Positions 1-12,000 of a DNA stretch of 64,000 nt are shown here, in pieces. Location of the stretch: positions 620,001 through 684,000 of the forward strand of contig CAJINV010000016.1 in NCBI GenBank assembly GCA_905178155.1, read 5' to 3'. A model generated the notes under the pieces. That model did not search any database and was not told the DNA's origin. It worked only from the letters and a program-made list of their open reading frames with translations. The translations under genes and the position numbers were made by a program. This DNA is from Amoebophrya sp. A120 (Eukaryota; Protista; Dinoflagellata). Numbering within the stretch: position 1 is the stretch's first letter; every line of letters begins with the position of its first letter.

Positions 1-3000
1 TCAGATCTGTTTAAGAACTGCTTGTGTTGGTCGAAAACCCGTCTCGCGTCGCTACGGAAAGCATTATACGTGTTGCTATTCACGTATTCACTCATCATTT
101 TATTGTTCACAAAACCGAGCTCGCTCGTCAACCCTAACCGCAGGAAAAACCACTCGGAATCGGGTAAGTGCGTTCCGTAGAGTTCCGGATCGGGGGACTC
201 ATCTAGCATAGAAATCAGCGCCTGCAAAAACTTCCCGAGCATGTCCCGAATCTGCACGGAATCCATTACACCGTCTTCCAGCTCGGGTTTGGGGAAAAAG
301 CAGTCTCTCTTGTGGCATTTCAGATCCGTTTCAATATCTTGAATCGGGTCCCGTTTGATCCCCGCCTGGTTCGCGAGATCCTCAATTTCCGGCGGTAACG
401 CGCCGGGCACAGCAGCCAACACCATCGGGTTGAGCTGAATCTTGTGCGCCGCGGTCCTCGCGGCGGGTGGTGACCGGGGGTGTGTCGTAGTCATTTTCGA
501 GGGCGTCGAACTGCTGTGGTACAGGCTCGCACCGGCAACTCCCCGGCGGTGCGCCGGATGCACGGCACCATTATGGGGTAGTGTGGATGAGGGTTGTATC
601 GTAAGGAAAAATCCTCCCTCCCCATATTGAAAAGGTATGTTTCCGGAAATTTGTGTTGCTGATTTGAGATCACAAATCACCTTCGTCGTGCAAGAAGACA
701 AGGGCAGAAGCTTCCGCCCCATTATGGAAGCGATTTGTCATGCTGTTGGGCCTAAAGGGGAGGCGTTTGCCATGCTGAACAACTAGACCCATACGCCCCT
801 ACCTAGCCTGGGGGCCTGGCCGCAGTGCCTCCCTGCAATACAAAGCTGATTTGTGTACACAAACCCAGCATCAGAAGTTCCGTTTTGATATGGGGAGGGG
901 GGATTTTTCCTTTCGATAGGTTGCTCGGGGGGCCCAGCTGCCCCAACTACAGCCCGCGAGGTAGTAGACCGCTGCTGCTGCCCTCGCTCTACTGCCGGCT
1001 GTTGTTCACCTGCAGGCCCGTGCCGCCGGTAGTAGAGTTGCTGCTCTAAAGGGAGGCGCTGCACCCTTTGCGGCATAAAGCTCCTTGGTGGCGCCGCGTG
1101 CGAGAAGATACCCTGGCCTGATTCCTCCTCGTCATCAAAGAGACTCGAAGTTGACCCCCTCTGATACGGCTCGTACGCACGACCTTGGGGACCGCCAGAA
1201 AAAGCTGCACCGCCCCGAGCGAAACCTGCTGAAGCTCCACCTCCCCCGTAGTTCATCGTGTTCACAACTGCTGCACCACCACCAGTTTTCGACCCGCCAA
1301 ACGTTGCTGTCATGACGCCGCCCTCCTGCTTTTTCTGCTTCAAAAAATCGGACTCCATCTTCCGCTTCATGCGTCCCATCATGCGGTTTTTCAACGTGGA
1401 AAAATCCTTGTAGAAGTTCTCCATATCAACTGCAAATATGTCTGGGTCTGGAAGATTGCCAAGCTTGTCATGCATATTCGGCATGGCCCATGGTGCCTGT
1501 AATGCGTGCCCTAGCATCACTGATTTTTAGAGGACTTCCTGATGCCTTTTCCGCATCACAAATGCTCTCTCCACGTAGCACAAAATCGACTCCTCTTGCT
1601 GCTCATGCAATACAGATTTTTTTCCAAATGCAAACACCGCATCACAAGTTGCAACCTTCCAGACCCAGACACTTTTGCAATGCATACTCCACCCCGGTCG
1701 ACGATTCGATCGCGGACCGGATGGAGTCCAGAGTCCCCACAATCACGTATGAAATGCAAATATGTCTGGGTCTGGTAGGATCCGAACTTGTGATGCGTGT
1801 TTCGGATCCTACAAAGATCTGCGATGCATAACGTGCAAAAGGTGCCCACTTCTGGCCATGCTGAGAGGGCACTTCTCATGCAGAATACGCATCACCAAGG
1901 AGCTGCAGAGCCTGTGATGCTAGGCCCTGCATTCCAGACGTGGGGGAGCTTGGAAAAACTGCATGACAAATCTCGGAATCTCCCAGACCCAGACATTTTA
2001 GCATTTGATATCACGTACGATTTGACGAAACTTGGCTCCACTAAAGCGTGAAACACCGGTTTATCGTCGTCGTCCTCGTCCGAATCGAGATCATCGTCCG
2101 TCTCTAACTCCGTGTCGAGTAGGTCGTCTTCGTTCTCCTGGTTATTGTTCCTTGTACCATCGGGAGTGTGACGACCACCACCACTACCTCCTCCGCCATT
2201 AGAACTCAACGCAGACTGACTGGTCGCGGGCGACTGAATTTTTTTCAGATTCGTACTCCCCCCGATCGGAATTTGCAGGCCGAGAACCACAGAGGAGGTG
2301 TGCGTCTCCGTTGGTGTTAAGACGGAACCTCCTTCTTTCAACATACTTTCCCCCGCCGTACTCCCCTTCGGCGTCGTTCTGGGTGTGGTGTTCTTGGAAG
2401 ATTTTTTACTACCTTTTTTACCGCTCTTGTTACCTGTCCAGCCGGAAACCGTGGACTTACTCGACATCAAGTCTTGGTCTTCAGCGTGAGAAAAACCGTT
2501 ACCATCTTCGTCTCCACCAGCGGAGTCGTCTCGGTCGTCTCGCTTCGACGATCTCCGACTGTGAAAAGCCTGTCGCGGCTTCCCGCTGAAGAACGCATCT
2601 GAACCGCCGCGCCAGCAGGCGACGCGGAACTGATAAGAGACAGCTTTGTGGTCGCCGGGGACCCCGGAGGATTGTTCTCTGCGCTTGTAGTTCGGGGTCT
2701 TGGCTTTGATAGCTGACTTTTTCGGAGGTGGAGGTGGGACGGTGGAAGTAGTACCTGCTGCGGTCGCGGCGGGAGTTGTCTTCGCCGTGCTGGCTGCAGC
2801 AGGTTTATGTCCTTCTGGACCACCGTGCTTCGCTTGTCCTGCACTTTTGTTCCCTGCAGCGAAAACCGTTGGGAAGCTTCGTGAAATTTTTGTCGGAGCT
2901 GCTTTACTACCTGTAGCCTGCGGGGGCTTCACGACCGACGCAGCAGTAGTGCCAACACCACCTCGTCCTCCCACAGGCCTGTTCTGCTGCTTGTTAACCT

Positions 3001-6000
3001 CCTGCTCCGCACCCGTGAAAGAAGAACTCTCGTCAATGAACCTCTCCACAGTCGACCAGGTAATCGCGTCAAAAATGTTGCACCGGACCCGTTCGAAGTC
3101 CACCAACCGCACCGCCAACGGCTCGCCTGAAAACTGGTGATTATTACTGTTCGATGTCGTAATCCCGCCGTTTAACAGCAAATGCATCTCCTGCTGATCG
3201 TGCTGCGTGCTTCGATATAGTGGGTTCTTCAAGCCGTTCGCAAAGAACTCGTTGCTGTTCGTCACTGTGGTAGCCCCGGCCAAACTCGCTCGATGTTGCA
3301 AAGCGGTGGAGGAGACGTCAGTCTGGTGGAACAAAGATTCCTGACTCTTATCCACCGCCGTTACAGAGCTCGCGGCAAGCGTATCGGCGGAAGCAAATCT
3401 CGCCGGCATCACCGCGGGGGCGGACCGCTCCAGGATAGTGTTTGCAACCACCGGGTTGTTCCCGAATTTATTGGTTCCACTAAAACTCGGGCGGTACGTC
3501 GTCGTGCTCCCTTGCATCGTGTTGCCGAAGCTCGTCCGCGCCATGGGACTATTCAGCATTTGCTGCAGATCCGAACTATCCACCGTCCCGCCGCGACTTG
3601 GCCTCATTCCCGCGACGAGATTCTCCATGCTCACCCGCGGGTTGTCGAGCAGAGCGGTTAAATCTTCGGAGTTCACCGTGTTGAGCAGGTCATCATTGCT
3701 CACTTTAGTGTTCATATGCCTGGCACGATCCCCGAAAAGCCCGCTGCTGAAGTCCGAACTTGGTAGCTGGACCTGCTGCTCGGGTGGTGGTGGCCCGTTT
3801 GTGACAATCCGGAACACGGTTTCCTTACTGGACTCCAAATCTGCGTAATAAACCCTCGTCTGGCTCACATCCTCGCCAGGCGTCGGGTCTCCGCACATCG
3901 CACGGTCTAAGCTGACGAAGCCCCGGTCGGACTCGTCGAATAGCCGAAGGTACACTTTTCGCACTTTCACCTGATACGTGAATGCTCTGGCTGCGCAACT
4001 CCCATAAGACCCGTACTGCGGAGGTTTGTTTCTGTAACCATGCAGTCCGCCTCCGCCGTGGTGATTTGGTTCCGAGGAAATTTGCGTGGGCGGATACTTG
4101 TGGTGCCCCTTGTCGCTCACAGACGTGCCCGTTTCCGCTTTCCTCTCTAACCGCATTCTCTCCTGCTCCGTTGGGGTTGGTGGCCGGCCGGAGTGAAGTT
4201 TGAAATTTTTTTCGAAGTTCTTGTAGTCCGCCATCTCCTTCGTCATATCCACACTGGTGCAGGGGAGCTCGTTCGCGATCTGCGACCAGAGGGAGGCGGT
4301 TCGGTGGGAAAGGCAGTCCCGCCAGAGCGAAATGAATTTCACTTTGTACCGCAACACCAGAATGTACGGGCCGCGCTCGTCATAGCACACGTGGAAATCT
4401 TCCTCAAGTTTGTAGACTTCCTTACTGGTAAAGTGCTGAAACTGCCGGTCGACGTGGTTCACTCTCGGAATCAGCTCGTTGTGCGACCGGGCAGGCACGT
4501 AGAAAATTTTCTGCTGCGCCATCATCGAAGGTTTCAGCGAAACTGCGACAAATTGGTGTGAAAACAAAGCGCCGGATTTCTTCGCCGCTTGTTCAAACTG
4601 CCCGGACAAAAACGACGAATACAGCAGGTAATTCAACGGGACCCGGAGCAAAATTTCCGTGTTCGAGCCGGGGAACTTATTTGCGCCTCCTTTTTGCCCG
4701 TTTGAAGACAGCGTCGGGCTCAAAGGCGGACTAGAAGTACTACCCGCGGCTTTATTTGCAGCGGCGGCCGCAGCTCTCTGCGCCAGGATGTGTTTCTCCA
4801 CAGCGCCGCGTGTAGTGCCCCCGAGCCACCATTCATGACCCAGGTGAAGATTCGCACCAACACCCCCTAGAAATCCGTTCTTTTCGTTTTTCACGCCGTA
4901 TTTCCAAAAATCGGGGTGGATGTAAAACGCGTAGCGGTGCTCATAGTCTTCCACGGAGGTGGATAAAGAGTTGACGACGAGCCTGATCCTCCCATCGTCT
5001 TCCTTCAGATAGCGGGAAACCGCTTTTGTGTCGACCTGCTTTCGGGAAAATAAATCCAAATCTAGACTGTCGAAAAACGGCTTCGGGTCTTTCAAAAACA
5101 CCGTGTGGTGCAACGATTTCAACTTCTCCGACTCTTGGAGAACAATCGTCTTCGCCTTGTCCTGGAGTTTCGTGTCCATCGTCTGCACCGTGTCGTGCAA
5201 AAACTTGTCAAACCGGTATCGCAGCAACCCGCGGTAGTGCAGCGCTTTCAAGTGTTTCTGCAAGTCTTCGTGCAGAACCCGACCCACTCCAGTGACAAAA
5301 ACCCCGTTCTGGCTTCGTCTGTAAAACGAGCCGAGGAATTCATCCATTCCGAAAAAATCTGTGCACTGGTCGCACTTGTTGTTGAATTTTTCGTTCAATA
5401 ATTTCGCAAAAAAGTCCGCTTTTGGATTATTCTCCCCGGTGAAAAGCCGGTCGGCGATTTGCACGCTGTTTTCCTTCGCAGAATAGCAATACACTTTATT
5501 CGCATAGGACCGCGACCACTTTTTCGTAGAAGTGTCGCGGTTCACGCAGACGGCATCCCCTTCGGGGATATCTTGGAACCCGTTCTGGGGGTAGAGTTGG
5601 CGGAGTTCGTAGCATCGGTATTTGTGCTTCCGCCGCCGGAAGCTGTTAAAAATTTCAAGGAGGAAGTCATTCTCGTAATTGCGATTTAATTTTTCGAGCT
5701 CCGGTTGTATAATCGACTGCGGATTTTGACCAACTTCATGGCGAAGTTCATCTGCTGGGCCAGTTGGACCTTGTTCGTTGTTCGCGTGATCCTGTACCTT
5801 GTCCCTATTTTTCAACCACGTCGGCACGAGCAGCAATTCAGCGAGAATCCACTCATGTTGTTCCAACAATAGCCGCGTCCGCGGAGGTAGTGAGGTCATG
5901 GCGGTCTTTTTGTCTTCGCGCCAAAAAGGACGCAGCTTCTCTGCCCACTATACCATCGCGAGTAATCTTATGCACGACGGCACGGCGGTCGCTAAAAATC

Positions 6001-9000
6001 TCACTCCAGAGCTGGCCTCCATTTGGTTTCGAATCGAAAAACCTTCCCCGCATGCTATGGCCCCGCCAGGGCCCGCGCCAGGGACGGACCCTTGGGAGCC
6101 CCAAATCGGGCCCATAGCATGCGGGTTGGCTTTTTGCTTTCGGCGGACTTTGTTTCTTTGTTTTTTTTTTGGCAAAATGCCGCATCTTCTGGCCTTCAGT
6201 CCGCCTCTGAAGTGGCGGACTTTGGTCGCGTCTTTTGCGAGGCCTGGATGTGGGCCAAAATGAGGCCCATACTATGCGGATTCGCTGTCTTTTTCGGAGT
6301 GCTGCTTTTTGGGCGTCCCTTTTTGGGCGCCCCAAATCGACGGAAACAGATGCGGCGGGCGCCTCAGAAGGGCGCCCCTTTTGCCGGCTCCGCTGCGTCG
6401 TTTTATCAAGCGCGAATCGATAGAATTGGCTCGGGCTTTTTTGACAACAAAGCCCCGGCCGCTTGATAAGTGGGAATCTTTTATGCTCAAAAACACCTCC
6501 GGCCACTTGAAAACTGCCAGTCGTTTTGGATAAGACATGTCAAAAAGATCGCTAGATTAGAACGTTCGTGACCTCACTACATATTACAACCTTCTCCCTG
6601 TTTTTCAACCACGTCGGCACGAGCAGCAATTCAGCGAGAATCCACTCCAGTGCCGTTAGCCAAGGGAGTCAAGTTCAAAAAGCGCGCAAAGTTAGTTCAT
6701 TCAACCAAGACACAGAGCACCAAGCTGTGGCAGGCCGTAGAACCAAAAAAATTTCGCGCGCGCTGCGCGCGCGCATTCACTCACCCCATACGCAGCCAAT
6801 GGCGTTGCATCGATTCGAAGGCAAACGAGCACCACCGCAAGCCCGTTGACTCATCGAAGAAAATTTGAAGTGGCCACTTAAGCCTTCCCTCATCGAAGGA
6901 AAATCGAAGTAACCACTTCAACTCTCCCCCATCGAAGGAAATTTGAGATGGCCACTTCAACTTTCCCTCATCGAAGGAAAACTGACACGACCCCTGCAAC
7001 TTTCCCTCATCGACGGGGAATTGAAATAACCACTTCGACTTTCCCTCATCGAAGGAAATTTGGAGTGGCCATTTCAACTTTCCCGCATCGAAGGAAAATT
7101 GAAACGACCGCTTCAACTCTCCCCCATCGAAGGAAATTTGAAATGCCCACTGTAACTTTCCCCCATCGAAGGAAACTTGAAGCGCCCACTTTAACTTTCC
7201 CTCATCGAAGGAAATTCGAAGTGGCCGCTTCAACTTTCCCTCATCGAAGGAAAATTGAAATGACCATCTCAACTTTCCTTCATCGAAGGAAATTCGAAGT
7301 GCCCACTTGAACCCTCCCTCATCGAGGGAAAATTGAAAAGCCCGCGTGGGGGACACGCATGCAGGAATTTTTAGCCCCCTAGATGCCACCTGTCGGTGGC
7401 CCCCACAACCCTCGGAGCCCTCACCCTCTTCAACATGCCGAGCCTTCCGGCAGCCCTGGCCCAAAAGGAAAAAAAGTGGGGCCGCGCCGGAGGGGGGGGG
7501 GAGCAGGTTCCAAAACGGCCACCCAGAAACGCGGCCATAGCGTGCATTTTGCATGTAATTTTAGAAGGGGCAAAATGAAGGAAAATTATCTTACTCCCTT
7601 CACTTCCTTGGCTCCCTTTCAAGTTTGACTCCCTTGTTTATAAAATGTCCTATTATTCCCTTCTCCCTGTTTTTCAACCACGTCGGCACGAGCAGCAATT
7701 CAGCGAGAATCCACTCATGTTGTGCCAACAATAGCCGCGTCCGCGGAGGTAGTGAGGTCATGGCGGTCTTTTTGTCTTCGCGCCAAAAAGGACGCAGCTT
7801 CTCTGCCCACTATACCATCGCGAGTAATCTTATGCACGACGGCACGGCGGTCGCTAAAAATCTCACTCCAGAGCTGGCCTCCATTTGGTTTCGAATCGAA
7901 AAACCTTCCCCGCATGCTATGGCCCCGCCAGGGCCCGCGCCAGGGACGGACCCTTGGGAGCCCCAAATCGGGCCCATAGCATGCGGGTTGGCTTTTTGCT
8001 TTCGGCGGACTTTGTTTCTTTGTTTTTTTTTTGGCAAAATGCCGCATCTTCTGGCCTTCAGTCCGCCTCTGAAGTGGCGGACTTTGGTCGCGTCTTTTGC
8101 GAGGCCTGGATGTGGGCCAAAATGAGGCCCATACTATGCGGATTCGCTGTCTTTTTCGGAGTGCTGCTTTTTGGGCGTCCCTTTTTGGGCGCCCCAAATC
8201 GACGGAAACAGATGCGGCGGGCGCCTCAGAAGGGCGCCCCTTTTGCCGGCTCCGCTGCGTCGTTTTATCAAGCGCGAATCGATAGAATTGGCTCGGGCTT
8301 TTTTGACAACAAAGCCCCGGCCGCTTGATAAGTGGGAATCTTTTATGCTCAAAAACACCTCCGGCCACTTGAAAACTGCCAGTCGTTTTGGATAAGACAT
8401 GTCAAAAAGATCGCTAGATTAGAACGTTCGTGACCTCACTACATATTACAACCTTTTCCCTGTTTTTCAACCACGTCGGCACGAGCAGCAATTCAGCGAG
8501 AATCCACTCCAGCGCTGTATAACCTGCTCAGCTGTTACAATCTCAAACGTTACAACAGAGTGTGGAAATCTGTGATGCAAGAGTGCATGTTCTAGCCAAT
8601 TCTGATAAGATTGTGCATGACAAGTTCCGGAGTCCCAAACCGCACTACAATCTGGCGAAATTTGTATTGCAGAAAGTGGAACCCTCTGCGAGTCTGTCGT
8701 GCTCATCATGCAGCACAAGTCTCAAATTCTATTGTAACGTTTGAGATTGTAACAGCTGAGCGGGCTATACGCCGTTTCTTCGTTGCTTTCCTTCCTCGGG
8801 AAGTTGAAAACGGAGAAGGTAAGTGTGTTGAAAAGAAAGGTTGAGAACGTGTCGAAAATGGCCGGTTTTTTTCCGGGTTTTGCCGTCGTGGTATCAACAC
8901 TTATTCCTGTTTGTACTTGCGCGGCTTGATGTTCTGTGGCCGTCGCGCCTGGTGTAGTAGTCCCATCTTCTCCTGCAGGCTCTCGTTCTACTTCTGCAAG

Positions 9001-12000
9001 AACCGTTGCATGATCTTCAGCTTGTCCTTCGTCTTCATCCGCGACGATGTTGTCCTCGTGAAGCCCATCAGCTTGCTCCCTTCCCCCGGACGAGGAAAAT
9101 TCCCAACTAGCGGCGTTCGCGATCTGCAACCGCTCTTGCTTGGAAACCCACTGCAATTTTGTCCCGACAAAGTCTCTCGCATTTTGCCACTTGATCAGCG
9201 TGAAAACAAGTTCTAGGAACTCCGCAAGAACCTCCAGTTCGCCTGTCAGTAGGTCCCAAGCAGCGTCAAGGTTTACGCCCCCGGAGGGCAGAGGGGATGG
9301 AGTTGGACTAGCATGTTGCTCCCCCTGTGCAGCTTTGTTCTGCTCGCCATCGTTGCCATCCTCATCTTTCCTCGACACCTCTGTCGCTGCCTCCTGACTT
9401 TGTTCTTCGCCTTTTGTTTTCTGCGCAACTGTGATTTTCGTTTTCAGCTTCGTCCGCGCAGCCTTTATTTTCGCGCTTGCCACCGCGCACTTCCGCAAAT
9501 TTTCGTCTTGAAAGACCTGGGCCTTTGCGTTGGAAATAATCCCAGAGACCCGGGCCCGAAGGTCGGATTGCTCGATTGTGGTGCTGTATTGCAGGGTACC
9601 ACTGTCGGTGGTGGAGAAAAGTTTCGGATAGGCCTTCTCGAGAACTCTAATTGCCTGAGTCAATGGGGAAGGAACGGTCTTTGTACTATGTTCTTGTTCA
9701 GTTTGCTCCGTGACAAGCTTGCGACGCGCCGGCGGCTGCTGCACTCCTTCTCCAGTGCCTGCTGGGTTGACTTTGACATCACTACCTGGCTTTTTACCAG
9801 TTCTCACTACTTCTACCACTCTGGCAGACTTCCTGGCCGCCTCTAGCACGTCTTCCACCTGTTCGATTCTAACCTTCCGGGCGGAATTATAACTGTGGCC
9901 AAGTCCACGTCTTGCACTGCTAGTATAATACGCCCGCCCTGGGAAAATCTTCAAATCCTGCGAGAAAAACCACGGGTCGCGGAGGCCGTGCGAAGACGGG
10001 TTTATTTCGTTTTCCTCGCTTGCAACATCAAACAGCTTCCATTTCTTCCAGTTCTTCTGGAGAAACTGTGCGTCGTCGGACTGGCACAGGAAAAGCAGCA
10101 TTTTTCGGATGTGAAAAATGATGTTTTGCGTGAATTCGTCTAACTCTTTCTCCAACCCCCTTTCGTGCTCGACCCGAAGCATTTGCCTGCCTCCGATGCT
10201 GTTTGACAATCTTTCTGTTCTTTCAACGGTTCTTGTTCCCCCACCTGCTTGCGCTCCTTGTCCTCGTTGCATGATCTTTACTTTCTGCGCCGCCAATAAA
10301 GCTTGTTCCCGTTTCTTCTTCGCTTGCGCTTTCGCGGCTTTACTTTTTGCCTTCACTTGTTTCGCGGACTTCTGCTGGCTTTTTTTCTTCTTCGCCGTAT
10401 TCTGTTCTTTAATCGTACTCGCGATGTCGACAGTTTCTTGCATGTACTGCTGCAATTTTCGAAATCCCGTCAAGTACTCCTTCAGGGCTTCCACCCGCGG
10501 CACCGCGATTCGCAAGAACTTGCTACTTCCAAGGTTTTTGGCGTCACGAAACGGAGCGAAATTATTGTCCACCCCAGCATCCCTGTCATGCAGTTCAGCA
10601 TGTGCAGCCGAAGTGGTCTCTTCATCAACAACATAAATTCCACCCAACCTCTCCGACACCTGCACCAATTCCCCGATCGACTTTCTTGGTAAGTGAAACT
10701 TCAAGAAGTGCAACTCGTCCAAAAAGTTCCGCTGCTCGCGCTGCAGGTACGCCAGCAAGGCGTATAGCGGAATCAGCAGTAGAAATACCATCAAGCTGAC
10801 TCCTATAACCCCGGGCCGCGCCTCCATCACGAGCTGCTTTCTAGTAACTTTTAGTACCTCCTTTGGACGATCATCTGCCTTCTTCGAAGAGCCTCGGAGT
10901 AGGTCGGACGCCCGAGCGCCTCGCTCTTGTTCCCGTGAGGCGTTCTTGTTGCCAAGATTTTCCAGGTCGTCGGGATCTTCGGGGCCGTGGCCGTTTTGAT
11001 AACTATCGTGCAACACACCGAGAAGGTAGTCCGAGTCGAGAATGCGATTCAGCTCCCACTGCAGAAGAGCCGCAGAGTTGCTGGGGTCCTCGGTATTGTC
11101 TATTTCTCCATTGTCCTCAGGAGGGGCAGAGGTGTAGTTGTGGCTTTGGAGATAAGTTTTGTCGTCGCTATTGTTCTTCCCTTCTGCTGCTCCCGCGAGA
11201 AAGTTCTTCCGGCCACGTCTCAACTCCTTCGAGGGGCCCCAAAAATTTTCGCCTGGATCATAGCTACCGTACTCCAAGTCGCCTAAAGACCCGTTATTTG
11301 GTATTTTTGCCAGCGCGGCCGCGGAAGAAAAATCTGCATCCGACAAATCTTCGCTTGGGGTCGGCTGCAATTGCCTGTTCATTGCTGCCAAGCAAAAATG
11401 CTGCTCCACAGCATCATGATTACCCCTTCTAAAGGGGTTATTTGCCGTGAGAAACTCGATTCCCTTCTCATCTTCCGGTTGCAGGAGTGGCTGATTTTTA
11501 GTTGTACTACCAAGACCCCATTTGTCTTGCATACCTGGCTCTGCACGGCCTTCTTGTTCTTCTTCACATGGCACGTCGATCAGTACGTGGTCCGGCTTGC
11601 TTTGTTCCTCGTCCTCAAACTCTGTCTTATCCGAACCCTCCGTGCTGGAGCTGGAGTCTGAATCCATTTCTGCGTCTGGAATTTTGATAAAATCATCTGG
11701 AGCGCAGTTTTGATTTTCATAGTCGGAGGACATGCGTCCTCTCGGTCCGCTCCTATGTAGTTCGCTTACTTTCCGATGACATTTTTCAGCCTTCTCCGAG
11801 AAATTATCTGGCGGGAGTAGCAGCTCCTTCTTGTTTGATGCACTTACGTTGCTCAACACATCTGCTGATCCTTCTGCCGGAAGGGGGGACGTCGAGCCAG
11901 ACGCGCGAGACGAGCCTTTGTTAAGTCTTTCATCCGCTGGAGCCACTAGTTCTTCACCATGCTCAACAACATCATCTCCCGGCTGCTGCTTCATCTCTGC

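Larger units (their letters stand above)
5796..8509. repeat. Composite duplication X-E-X-M-X-E-X (X = ~59-bp exon segment, four copies at ~5796, 6589, 7659, 8451)
   Basis: ttttcaaccacgtcggcacgagcagcaattcagcgagaatccactc occurs four times; 5800-6650 is almost identical to 7660-8512. Confidence 0.9.

Noticed and set aside
6781-7554. Repeat-protein ORFs (ISFDEGKL / FPHRRK) or CRISPR
   Set aside because: These are translations of a 39-bp minisatellite that is open on both strands inside a TIR element; no unique spacers.
5853-8368. Duplicated 217-aa ORFs as a transposase of element E
   Set aside because: No DDE or HUH motifs, and the frame is not conserved in the diverged copy at 30357-31086.
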